Below are positions 30,458-39,956 of a stretch of DNA of 64,000 bases, one piece after another. The notes under the pieces are model-generated. The model worked only from the letters and a program-made list of their open reading frames with translations, ran no database searches and had not been told where the DNA came from. Made by a program: the position numbers and the translations under genes. Source of the stretch: Fidelibacterota bacterium (GTDB taxonomy: Bacteria > Fidelibacterota > Marinisomatia > Marinisomatales > Marinisomataceae); NCBI GenBank assembly GCA_965212055.1, contig OZ243041.1:352001-416000 (forward strand), read 5' to 3'. Positions within the stretch are counted from its first letter, which is position 1. Each line of letters begins with the position of its first letter.

Positions 30458-32869
30458 ATGAAAAATTTTATTTTATTATTACTAATTACGAGCTTTACAT
30501 ATGCTCAATCAACGCTTTCAGGTTTAGTCGTTGATGAAGAAACTAATCTTCCATTAGCTGATGCTAATATATTGATTAAATCAGATAGTTTTGACAGCGG
30601 AACATCATCAGGAGATGATGGAAAATTTACATTTTTAAATCTAGATGAAGGTGAATATTCGTTAGAAGTATCTGTAATAGGATATGAAGATTTATCAACT
30701 GATGTAACCTTGAAAAAAGGATTTACGCAACCAATTAGATTTGAACTTGCTAAACAAGCCGTCTCTATTGAAGGTGTTGAGGTATATTCATCATTAAGAA
30801 AAGTAAATGAAGGTGATTTAGCTAATTCAGCAATCATTTTTAATGATGAGTTAAGAAATAGACAAGGACAACACTTCAGTGACTTAATACAAAAAGTTCC
30901 AAATCTAAATTATGCAGGTGGAACTTCCAGACCGAGATATTTTCAAATTAGAGGAGAGGGTTCTGTAAGTCGATATGCTGACCAAGGACCTCCAAGTACT
31001 TATGTTGGATTAGTGTTGGATGGAATGGATTTATCTGAACTTGGTATGATTACACCTCTTTTTGATATGCAGCAAGTAGAAGTATTAATGGGTGTTCAAA
31101 CTAGTTTATTTGGTGCAGCAGCATCTTCTGGTTTGATTAATTTCAAAACCAACGATCCAACCGATAAAAAAGAAGGATATGTTATGACCCAGCTTGGTTC
31201 ATACAATACTTTTACAAATGGAATTGTTTATAACACTCCACTATTAAACGGTTGGAAGTTAAGACTGGTAGGTCATTCGAATGTTTCAGATGGATATAAA
31301 GAAAATGTTACTTTAGAGGGTAATGCATCAGCAAATAGAGATGAGTCATCATTTAGAGCTAAACTATTAAAGGTTGGTGATAATAATATTACACAAAAGT
31401 ATACAATGATTTACTCTGATTTTGACAATGGATATGATAATTGGGCTCCAGATAATAATACTGATCATATTACATATTCAGATAATCCAGGTAAAGATAG
31501 TCAAAAATCACAGATCTTTATAGCTGACTATAGTTATGATCTTGGTGAGGGTGTTGCTGATTTGAATATTGGTATGTCAAACAATGAAACATTGCACAGT
31601 TATGACTCAGATTGGGGTAATTATCAATTCTGGCTTCAAGATCCTTATAACTTTGATCCAACAGTTGAAGGATATCAATATGACTTCTTTGATTCATTTG
31701 ACAGAGATATTGATACAAGAACTGTTGATTTCAGATTAAGACCAAATACTGCTAACGATAATAAAATAGACTATGTCATTGGATTATATCAGTCTAATTA
31801 TGAAGAAAAAACTAATGCTGCAGGATATATTTTTGGAGGTTCTGCCACCGCTTTATCTTCTAATTATGATATTGTTACAAAGGCTCTATATGGTGAATTT
31901 GCATATAATTTTAAAAATAATTCATCACTTGCTTTGGCCTTTAGATCAGAAGCTAGAGATATAACATATGATGATCTTAATGATAAAACAGCAAGCTTTG
32001 ATATCATGGGTGATTTTGAAAATTCATATAAAGTTTCTTATGAATTACATCCAGCTCCAAACCTTCACTGGTTTGCTTATTATGCTCAAGGGTATCATCC
32101 TGCAGGTATAAATCAAAATCCATATTTGGATGAAGATGAAAAAACATATGATGTGGAAATTTATTATGATATTACTACTGGAATAAGATGGTATACTGAT
32201 AATATAAAATTATCAAGTTCTCTATTTTATTTAGAGCATGATGGTCATATTTATGAAACAAGTGAGCAGTTGGATCCAACAAATCCTAATGCGTTTGCTT
32301 TCTTTAAGACAAATGCTGAATCAGGTTATGAGTATGGTTCTGAATCAACTGGTGAATTTAGAATAAGTGACAAATTTACTATTAATGCTACTTTAGGATT
32401 ATTGAGTTCTGAAGTTGAACTAGGAGATCATGATGAACACGGTGACGAAGACCATGGAGATGATCATGGTGATGATCACGATGATGACCATGACGACGAT
32501 CATGATGATGAGCATGCAGGTCATGCGCATGGTAAAAAAGCACATTCACCAAACTGGAATTACAGCTTATCATTTAACTATAATTTCACTAAAAACAATT
32601 CTTTAATGATTGAGATTTCAGGAAAAGATGGATTCGTATTTGATTCTGCACATGATGAATATGAATCAGATCCATATCATCTATTGAATGCATACTATTC
32701 TCATTCGTTCAATAAAATTAATTTAGGATTCTATGCAAAAAATATCCTTGATGAAGATTACGCAGATAGAGGATTTATTTTTGCTTTAGAACCTCCATTT
32801 GAAGAGAAACTCTATAAGTCTTTTGCGCCTCCAAGAGAGCTTGGTGTGTCATTAACTTATAGTTTCTAA
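30458..32869 (+). CDS. TonB-dependent receptor with carboxypeptidase-like N-domain and His/Asp-rich loop
   Basis: Signal peptide, SGLVVDEETNLPL N-domain, plug (PRYFQIRG, QVEVL), C-terminal PRELGVSLTYSF. Confidence 0.93.
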   Translation: MKNFILLLLITSFTYAQSTLSGLVVDEETNLPLADANILIKSDSFDSGTSSGDDGKFTFLNLDEGEYSLEVSVIGYEDLSTDVTLKKGFTQPIRFELAKQAVSIEGVEVYSSLRKVNEGDLANSAIIFNDELRNRQGQHFSDLIQKVPNLNYAGGTSRPRYFQIRGEGSVSRYADQGPPSTYVGLVLDGMDLSELGMITPLFDMQQVEVLMGVQTSLFGAAASSGLINFKTNDPTDKKEGYVMTQLGSYNTFTNGIVYNTPLLNGWKLRLVGHSNVSDGYKENVTLEGNASANRDESSFRAKLLKVGDNNITQKYTMIYSDFDNGYDNWAPDNNTDHITYSDNPGKDSQKSQIFIADYSYDLGEGVADLNIGMSNNETLHSYDSDWGNYQFWLQDPYNFDPTVEGYQYDFFDSFDRDIDTRTVDFRLRPNTANDNKIDYVIGLYQSNYEEKTNAAGYIFGGSATALSSNYDIVTKALYGEFAYNFKNNSSLALAFRSEARDITYDDLNDKTASFDIMGDFENSYKVSYELHPAPNLHWFAYYAQGYHPAGINQNPYLDEDEKTYDVEIYYDITTGIRWYTDNIKLSSSLFYLEHDGHIYETSEQLDPTNPNAFAFFKTNAESGYEYGSESTGEFRISDKFTINATLGLLSSEVELGDHDEHGDEDHGDDHGDDHDDDHDDDHDDEHAGHAHGKKAHSPNWNYSLSFNYNFTKNNSLMIEISGKDGFVFDSAHDEYESDPYHLLNAYYSHSFNKINLGFYAKNILDEDYADRGFIFALEPPFEEKLYKSFAPPRELGVSLTYSF
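32426..32530 (+). repeat. Degenerate 12-nt coding repeat encoding DHDEHGDEDHGDDHGDDHDDDHDDDHDDEHAGHAH
   Basis: GATGATCATGGT-like units within the receptor gene. Confidence 0.85.
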
Positions 32870-32881
32870 GCTACTATTTTT

Positions 32882-32912
32882 ATAACTTAGCGGGGTTATC
32901 CCGCTAAGTTAT
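32882..32912 (+). other. Perfect 13-bp inverted repeat overlapping the polA start codon
   Basis: ATAACTTAGCGGG-gttat-CCCGCTAAGTTAT; the final AT is the first two bases of the polA ATG. Confidence 0.8.
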
Positions 32913-35631
32913 GAGTCCTTCAAAAAACAACAAAAAGAGGCTATTCATTATTGATGGATATGCTACTTTATATCGAGCGCATTACGCTTTAATTCGCAAT
33001 CCATTAACAACTACTGCGGGAATTCCAACAAGTGCTGTATTTGGATTTGCAAATCAAGTATTTCAATTATTGGAAGAAGAAAATCCAGATTACATTGTTG
33101 CTGCATTTGATTCAAAAGGAAAAAACTTTCGCCACGAACTATATACAGACTATAAAGCCAATCGATCTGCGATGCCAGATGAAATTCAAACTCAACTTCC
33201 ATACTTATGGGAACTCTTGGATGGGATGAATATTCCAGTGCTACGAATCGAAGGAGTGGAAGCAGATGATATTATTGGAACAGTTGCTAAAATGTGTGAA
33301 AAAGATGATTTACAATGCAATATCGTAAGCGGAGATAAAGATTTTATGCAATTAATTAATGATAAAACTCTGCTATATGCTCCGCAAGCTAGAAGAAGAG
33401 AAAAAGAGATTTTTAACGCACAAAAAGTATCAGAAAAATGGGGAGTTGGTCCAGAACATATTATTGATTTACTCGGGTTAATGGGTGATAGCTCTGATAA
33501 TGTTCCTGGAGTAGAAGGCGTTGGTCCTGTTACCGCAAAGAAACTGATTCAAAAATTTGGTTCAATGGAAAAGATATATGAAAACATTGATCAGATTGAA
33601 AATGAAAAAATGAGAGAAAGATTATTAAATAATAAAGACAATGCATTTCTTAGCAAACAACTTGTTACCATCTTAACAGATGTAACAGTGGATGCCTCTC
33701 TTTCTGATTTTGAAAAGAAAAAAGCAAACAACACAAAACTAGAATCAATCTTTAAGGAACTTGAGTTTACTGGCCTACTTAAAAAGATAGGTTCTGATAC
33801 CAGTATTTCTCCTGAAACAGTACAAAGAAAAAAAGAATATGATTTAATAACCAGTTTAGATCGTCTCCAATCTTTTGCAGACTCTATTAAAGAAGGAGAA
33901 TGGTTGTCCGTTGATTTGGAAACCACTTCAGTCAATCCGATGATAGCAGAGATTGTAGGATTTAGTTTTTCTGTGAAAAAAGATACTGGAGTATATGTTC
34001 CTATTCACTTTAAAGACAAGGTTGACAATCTGTTTGGAGATAATGATTTAGAAATAGCTATCAATATTCTAAAACCTGTACTAGAAAATGAAAAAATACC
34101 AAAAACAGGACAAAATATTAAGTACGATGCACTGATTATGAAGCGATTTGGAATTGATTTACAAGGAATTGAATTTGATACTATGATTGCTGCTCATTTA
34201 ATCAATCCTAATGCACGTTCGTATAAGCTGGACAACTTATCCTTATCCCATTTGAATTATAAAATGGTTCCAATCCAAGATTTAATTGGTTCGGGACGCA
34301 ACCAAATTACCATGGATCAAGTAGCGCTTGCCGATATTACTTTTTATGCCGCTGAAGATGCAGATGTTGTAATCGAATTAACCGATATTTTCTTAAAAGA
34401 ATTGAAAAAACAAGAGCTATACTCTTACTTTAAAGATATTGAAATCGATTTGCTTCCCGTGCTAATTGATATGCAGTTTCACGGTATATTTGTAGATCGT
34501 AATTATCTTTTATCTCGTTCTAAAGAAATTGGTATCAAACTTGATGCGCTGGAAAAGAGTATTATTAAGCTTGCTGGAAAAGAGTTTAATCTAAATTCGT
34601 CTCAGCAACTTGCAGAGATACTTTTTGATCAATTAAACCTTCCTATGATTAAAAAACGTTCAACTGCTGAAGCAATACTAACCAAATTAAAAGAATACCA
34701 TGAACTACCAAGTTTGATTTTAGGGTATAGAAAATTATTTAAATTAAAAAACACGTACCTAGATCCTATTCCAAATAATATCAACGAGATTACCAATCGT
34801 GTGCATTCTTCTTTTAATCAAACCATGACAGCAACGGGTCGCTTATCAACCAGTACTCCTAATTTCCAAAATATTCCTATTCGTACCGAAGATGGGAAAG
34901 AAGTACGTAAGGCTATTAAAGCTCAATCTGATGATTATCAGATTTTGTCTGCAGATTACTCCCAAATAGAATTAAGGGTCATGGCACATTTGAGCAAAGA
35001 TGAGGCACTTACAAAAGCACTCAATAGCGGGGAAGATATTCATACTTTTACTGCAAAGAATGTATTTAATGTAAAAGAAGACCAAGATGTATTGCCTGAA
35101 ATGAGACGTATTGCCAAAATCGTCAATTTTGGTATCATGTATGGTGCGGGATCGTTTCGATTAAGCCAAGAATTAGGAATTCCATTTGCAGAATCAAAGA
35201 AAATCATTGATGTTTATTTTGAGAAGTACAAAGGAATCAAACAATACATGGAAGACACAAAATTATTGGTTAAAAAAGATAAATCAGTACAAACATTACT
35301 TGGTAGAAAGCGTGCAGTATGGGATTCAGACAGCCAAAACCAAGTGAGAAGGGATGCAGCAGAGAGAATGGCGATTAATATGCCAATTCAGGGAACCGCA
35401 GCAGAGATGATTAAGTTAGCAATGATTAGAATCGATAAAGATTTGAAGGAAAATAATTTAAAATCAAAATTAATTTTACAAATTCATGATGAACTACTTT
35501 TAGAAGTACATAATAATGAAATTGATTATGTTACAGAAATGGTAGTAAAACATATGAAAAATGCAATGGACTTGGATGTTCCAATTGAAATTGACTGTGG
35601 AGTTGGATCTTCATGGTATGAGGCACATTAA
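32911..35631 (+). CDS. polA: DNA polymerase I
   Basis: 5'-3' exonuclease (IIDG, EADD, GDSSDN), 3'-5' exonuclease (DLET, YAAED), polymerase motifs DYSQIELR, KIVNFGIMYG, QIHDEL. Confidence 0.98.
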   Translation: MSPSKNNKKRLFIIDGYATLYRAHYALIRNPLTTTAGIPTSAVFGFANQVFQLLEEENPDYIVAAFDSKGKNFRHELYTDYKANRSAMPDEIQTQLPYLWELLDGMNIPVLRIEGVEADDIIGTVAKMCEKDDLQCNIVSGDKDFMQLINDKTLLYAPQARRREKEIFNAQKVSEKWGVGPEHIIDLLGLMGDSSDNVPGVEGVGPVTAKKLIQKFGSMEKIYENIDQIENEKMRERLLNNKDNAFLSKQLVTILTDVTVDASLSDFEKKKANNTKLESIFKELEFTGLLKKIGSDTSISPETVQRKKEYDLITSLDRLQSFADSIKEGEWLSVDLETTSVNPMIAEIVGFSFSVKKDTGVYVPIHFKDKVDNLFGDNDLEIAINILKPVLENEKIPKTGQNIKYDALIMKRFGIDLQGIEFDTMIAAHLINPNARSYKLDNLSLSHLNYKMVPIQDLIGSGRNQITMDQVALADITFYAAEDADVVIELTDIFLKELKKQELYSYFKDIEIDLLPVLIDMQFHGIFVDRNYLLSRSKEIGIKLDALEKSIIKLAGKEFNLNSSQQLAEILFDQLNLPMIKKRSTAEAILTKLKEYHELPSLILGYRKLFKLKNTYLDPIPNNINEITNRVHSSFNQTMTATGRLSTSTPNFQNIPIRTEDGKEVRKAIKAQSDDYQILSADYSQIELRVMAHLSKDEALTKALNSGEDIHTFTAKNVFNVKEDQDVLPEMRRIAKIVNFGIMYGAGSFRLSQELGIPFAESKKIIDVYFEKYKGIKQYMEDTKLLVKKDKSVQTLLGRKRAVWDSDSQNQVRRDAAERMAINMPIQGTAAEMIKLAMIRIDKDLKENNLKSKLILQIHDELLLEVHNNEIDYVTEMVVKHMKNAMDLDVPIEIDCGVGSSWYEAH

Positions 35632-36731
35632 TGAGCTATATCGGACCAAAAGTACATATTGATTTAGAACGATTGGCAAACAATTATCGTTTGCTAAAGA
35701 ATGAAGTGGGAGATATTCCGATTATGGCTACTGTCAAAGCAAATGGATATGGCCATGGTGCAGTCCAGGTTGCACAAACATTAGAAAAAGAAGGAATACA
35801 GCATTTTGCTGTTTTTACCATTGAAGAAGGTATTGAATTACGTGATGCTGGCATTACTGCTGACATTCTTGTGTATTCTAGATTAAACCCTCATACGCTT
35901 TCAGATGCTGAAACCCATAATCTACTCTTAAATGTATCTTCTTTTGATGATTTGCAAGCTTTAAAGGCTCATCAGGGGGATAATAAGCTACGAGTACATC
36001 TTAAGGTAGATACTGGAATGACTCGATTGGGTATTCCACTAGAACAAGCAGAAGAATTCTTACAACAAGCACATCAAATTGATACCATTGAGGTTGAAGG
36101 ACTGTATTCACACTTTGCAACTGCTGATGAAGGCGATTTATCATATGCAAATGATCAACTCAATAAGTTTAATGATGTATTAGCGATTGCAGAAAAATTA
36201 GGAATGAACCCTACGTTTATTCATTGTAGTAATAGTGGGGCCATGTTAAACCTTCCAGAATCTCGATTTAATATGATAAGAGTGGGAATGTTATTATATG
36301 GAGCCTTTCCATCCGATGAAGTGCCACAAGATTTGTCCATTAAACCGGTGATGACCTTTACCGCGCCTGTGGTAGAAGTAAGAGATGTTAAAGCAGGAAC
36401 CCATATTAGCTATGGAGGGGTATATACCACCAAAGAAGATACAAGAATTGCAGTAGTACAAGCAGGATTTGCAGATGGAGTACCACGTCCTTGGTATGTA
36501 GATGGGTTTGTAAAGTTTAAAGATCAAAATTTCAAGATTACAGGAAGAATTTGTATGGATCAGTTGATGATTGATGTCGGATCAGCTGATATTCAACATG
36601 GAGATGAAGTCTTAATCTTTGGTTCCAATGAACATGGAACAATCGATGTAAATGAAATTGCAAACACCATTAATTCTACATCATATGTTTTGGTGACTGC
36701 GATTGGAATTCGTCCAAAAAGAATCTATTAA
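35631..36731 (+). CDS. alr: Alanine racemase
   Basis: VKANGYGHG (PLP Lys), HLKVDTGMTRLG, SHFATAD, GRICMD. Confidence 0.96.
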   Translation: MSYIGPKVHIDLERLANNYRLLKNEVGDIPIMATVKANGYGHGAVQVAQTLEKEGIQHFAVFTIEEGIELRDAGITADILVYSRLNPHTLSDAETHNLLLNVSSFDDLQALKAHQGDNKLRVHLKVDTGMTRLGIPLEQAEEFLQQAHQIDTIEVEGLYSHFATADEGDLSYANDQLNKFNDVLAIAEKLGMNPTFIHCSNSGAMLNLPESRFNMIRVGMLLYGAFPSDEVPQDLSIKPVMTFTAPVVEVRDVKAGTHISYGGVYTTKEDTRIAVVQAGFADGVPRPWYVDGFVKFKDQNFKITGRICMDQLMIDVGSADIQHGDEVLIFGSNEHGTIDVNEIANTINSTSYVLVTAIGIRPKRIY

Positions 36732-36959
36732 GTCAATTAGATTGATGCAACTAATTCGTCCTTTGTTATAACCAACCGCAAATTGATGCATTGCATATTT
36801 TGGTGGTGCAGAATTAGTCTTCATATTCAAAGCAAGCCAAGCTAATAATAGATAGTTTGTTCCTGTCTGCAACTCTGCAATACTTCCAGAGAAATAAGGA
36901 CCTGCACCGAAGCCTACCATCATTATAAGAAAACTGATAACTAATAATACTTCTCTCAC
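36681..36959 (-). CDS. Doubtful hypothetical membrane protein or gene remnant
   Basis: 92-aa ORF with GTG start and hydrophobic N-terminus; overlaps the alr 3' end by 51 nt; no family recognised. Confidence 0.35.
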   Translation of the reverse strand: MREVLLVISFLIMMVGFGAGPYFSGSIAELQTGTNYLLLAWLALNMKTNSAPPKYAMHQFAVGYNKGRISCINLIDLIDSFWTNSNRSHQNI

Positions 36960-37023
36960 ACTAGAATTTACATATAAAAAAACATTTTTTCTAAAAGATT
37001 GAGTCAGAATATTTCATTTGGAC

Positions 37024-37140
37024 CAAATTAACCTAACCAGTAGGGTAAGAGAAAGGAATTAAGAGGTAATTTTATAATTCTAACATTGCTCCTCATATAG
37101 CAACAAATATGTTTTCAAAAAAAAAGGTTCCCCTTTTTTC
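37024..37140. repeat. Copy 1 of an imperfect ~115-bp intergenic direct repeat
   Basis: CAAATTAACCTAACC...GGGTAAGAGAAAGGAATTAAGAGGTAATTTTA...TTGCTCCTCATATAG...AAAAAAAAGGTTCCCCTTTTTTC. Confidence 0.92.
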
Positions 37141-37261
37141 TACAAGAAATATAAATGTTCCAAAGATCTAATACTTTTACTAAATTTTCTTTTTCATCTT
37201 TCCAAAAATATTTCTTCTTCATTAAAAAATTTACAAAATAAAAAATAAAAATTAGGATTAT

Positions 37262-37344
37262 AAAAAAAGGAGAGGAGCAAATTAACCTAACCAAGGGTAA
37301 GAGAAAGGAATTAAGAGGTAATTTTAAATTCTAACTTGCTCCTC
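37262..37344 (-). ncRNA. Putative structured small RNA (overlaps repeat copy 2)
   Basis: Closing stem GAGGAGCAA/UUGCUCCUC followed by UCC-U7, two internal hairpins, CU-rich linker; GGAAC lies about 34 nt upstream. Confidence 0.5.
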
Positions 37345-37387
37345 ATATAGGTATATGTTTTCACAAAAAAAAGGTTCCCCTTTTTTC
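37278..37387. repeat. Copy 2 of the intergenic direct repeat
   Basis: Near-identical to 37024-37140 with small indels. Confidence 0.92.
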
Positions 37388-37414
37388 TTTTTTTTACTTA
37401 TTATACATGCAGAT

Positions 37415-37488
<74 letters not shown>

Positions 37489-37519
37489 CTAACCTCCGTT
37501 CAACAAAGGACAATTAAAA

Positions 37520-38782
37520 ATGAAATTATCAAATAAAAAAGAGTATAGTAAACTTGATAAGATTCTATTAAATCCTATCTTTCTTTTTTTGCTAGTAGCT
37601 TTTATGGCTTGGTCAGTATGGGATACAACTAAATCAGAATCTTCTGAGGAGTTATTGATGGATAAAGCAAATGAGTTAGCACAAAAATTTATTATTACAG
37701 ATGGACATATTGATGTTCCATGGCGATTAAATAAAGGAGGCCATGAAGACTTATCTGTTAGAACAGAAGGGGGCGATTTTGATTATGTTCGAGCCAAAGA
37801 AGGAGGATTAGATGTGCCCTTCATGTCTATTTATGTTCCTTCAAGTTACCAAGTAACTGGCGGTGCCAAAGCGAAAGCGGATTCATTGATTAATATGGTA
37901 CAAAAGATGGCAGATGATCATCCTGATAAATTTGAAGTAGCCTATAGTCCAGAAAATGCAGAAGCAATAGTTGCTGCAGGCAAAATTGCGTTGCCAATGG
38001 GAATGGAAAATGGTGCTCCACTTGAAGGTGATTTGGCGAATGTAGCTTATTTTCATGAAAGAGGAATTCGATATATCACATTAACACATGCAAAAGATAA
38101 TGCGATTTGTGATTCATCGTATGATACTACTGGAACCCATCAAGGATTAAGTGATTTTGGTAGAGATGTTGTTGCTGAAATGAATCGTGTGGGAGTTATG
38201 GTAGATATTTCTCATGTATCAGATAATGCCTTCTATCAAGTAATGGATGTGACAAAAGTTCCTGCAATCGCTTCCCACTCTTCGTGTCGTCATTTTACGC
38301 CAGGTTTTGAACGTAATATGAATGATGACATGATAAAACGCCTTGCTGAAAATGGTGGGGTAATCCAGATTAATTTTGGATCAACATTTTTAACTAAAGA
38401 ATCACAAGATAAACGAGAAGCAAATCGCGCAAGAGTAAGCGCATATGCTGAGGAAAATAATCTTGAACCTGATGATGAAAAAGTTGAAGCATTTGCCAAG
38501 AGAGTGTTTCAAAGAAATCCTATTTTTTGTGATGTAACTGATGCTGCTGATCATATTGATCATGTCGTTAGCTTGGTTGGTGTTGATCACGTTGGATTTG
38601 GATCAGATTATGATGGAGTAGGCGATAGTCTTCCATATGATTTAAAAGATGCTTCTGATTTTCCTAATTTGATTTATCATCTATTAAAGAGAGGATATTC
38701 AGAAGAGGATATCGAAAAAATATGTTATAAGAATGTTTGGCGTGTTTGGAAAGCAAATGAAGAATTTGCTCAGTCTCAATAA
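37520..38782 (+). CDS. Membrane dipeptidase (peptidase M19)
   Basis: N-terminal TM; DGHID, GMEN, RYITLTH, VDISH, ASHSS, GFGSDYDG. Confidence 0.93.
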   Translation: MKLSNKKEYSKLDKILLNPIFLFLLVAFMAWSVWDTTKSESSEELLMDKANELAQKFIITDGHIDVPWRLNKGGHEDLSVRTEGGDFDYVRAKEGGLDVPFMSIYVPSSYQVTGGAKAKADSLINMVQKMADDHPDKFEVAYSPENAEAIVAAGKIALPMGMENGAPLEGDLANVAYFHERGIRYITLTHAKDNAICDSSYDTTGTHQGLSDFGRDVVAEMNRVGVMVDISHVSDNAFYQVMDVTKVPAIASHSSCRHFTPGFERNMNDDMIKRLAENGGVIQINFGSTFLTKESQDKREANRARVSAYAEENNLEPDDEKVEAFAKRVFQRNPIFCDVTDAADHIDHVVSLVGVDHVGFGSDYDGVGDSLPYDLKDASDFPNLIYHLLKRGYSEEDIEKICYKNVWRVWKANEEFAQSQ

Positions 38783-38783
38783 T

Positions 38784-39527
38784 TTATTTAGAAATTTGTC
38801 TTAATCGTTCAAACACAATTGCACTGACAGCTGAAGATACATTTAATGAATTCATTTCATTTGACATTGGAATAGTTGCAGTAAAATCAGAATTTTTTAA
38901 TACTTGTTTACTAATTCCGCTACCTTCTCCTCCAAAAATCAATACAGTTCTTCCTTGAAAATCAATGGAATACCAATTCTGAGCATTAATATTGTTTTCG
39001 AAGCTTGTAATCCAGCAATCATGTTCCTTGAAATGGAGTATAGTTTGATTGATATTGTTGATTTCATACAAAGGAATTTTTGCAAAACCTCCTTGACTTA
39101 CTTGTGCTACTGCACTGGTCATTGAGACACTACTTCTGTCGGTTATAATTACGCCATCAACGTTTCCTCCGGCACAAATACGTAATATTTGTCCTAGGTT
39201 ATGTGGATCTTGTACTTGATCAAGGATAACATAACATTCGTTTTTATGTTTAGGTAATGGTAAGGTTTGAAAAACAGATACTTGTGCATTAATTAATATT
39301 CCTTGTGCTCTATTATTATCTATTTTCTTTGCAAAACCAGCTTGATCTACCAAAAGCACTTTATCTTTCGGTAATTTTGAGTACAACGATTCAAGTTCTT
39401 TGTGTTCTGATGCAGGAGATGCGGTTTCAAGGTAAATTTGGTTGATTTCAACCAAGTTGGATTTCAATGCATCAAGGCATCCATTAATGCCATAAACAGA
39501 AATTTTACGTTTTGTGAATTGGTCCAT
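38784..39527 (-). CDS. rlmB: 23S rRNA Gm2251 methyltransferase (TrmH/SpoU family)
   Basis: ILDQVQDPHNLG, FGGEGSG, IPM...SLNVS. Confidence 0.85.
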   Translation of the reverse strand: MDQFTKRKISVYGINGCLDALKSNLVEINQIYLETASPASEHKELESLYSKLPKDKVLLVDQAGFAKKIDNNRAQGILINAQVSVFQTLPLPKHKNECYVILDQVQDPHNLGQILRICAGGNVDGVIITDRSSVSMTSAVAQVSQGGFAKIPLYEINNINQTILHFKEHDCWITSFENNINAQNWYSIDFQGRTVLIFGGEGSGISKQVLKNSDFTATIPMSNEMNSLNVSSAVSAIVFERLRQISK

Positions 39528-39557
39528 AAATATTTGTTAAATTTAGGAAGAAAATTC

Positions 39558-39956
39558 ATGATTAAAATTAAAGAATCAGAATTACGTTTTTCATTTGTTC
39601 GTTCTCAAGGTCCTGGAGGCCAGAATGTGAACAAGGTTTCCACCGCAGTACAATTGCGATATAATATTCATGATTCTGATGTTCCAGATTATCTTAAGCA
39701 ATTATTTTTAGAAAAATATCGTAATAGAATATCCAAAAATGGAGATATTATCATTATTGCGCAAACCCATCGTACACAGAATAAAAATAAAATTGATGCT
39801 ATCAATCGACTAGAATCTTTATTTTCTGATATAAAAATTCCTGTGGAAAGGATTGCTACGAAACCTTCTAAGGCTTCGCAAGTTAGAAGAGTAGAAAGCA
39901 AAAAAAAGAGATCAATGATAAAAGAAAGTAGAAAGAAAGTTAGTTTAGATGATTAG
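39558..39956 (+). CDS. arfB: Alternative ribosome rescue factor B
   Basis: RSQGPGGQNVNKVSTAVQLR (GGQ) and basic tail RIATKPS...KKKRS; ATG start at 39558. Confidence 0.92.
   Translation: MIKIKESELRFSFVRSQGPGGQNVNKVSTAVQLRYNIHDSDVPDYLKQLFLEKYRNRISKNGDIIIIAQTHRTQNKNKIDAINRLESLFSDIKIPVERIATKPSKASQVRRVESKKKRSMIKESRKKVSLDD

Noticed and set aside
37024..37387. Possible CRISPR array or attachment-site duplication
   Set aside because: Only two ~115-bp units, no repeat-spacer periodicity, no cas or integrase gene, and the repeat does not match the tRNA 3' end.
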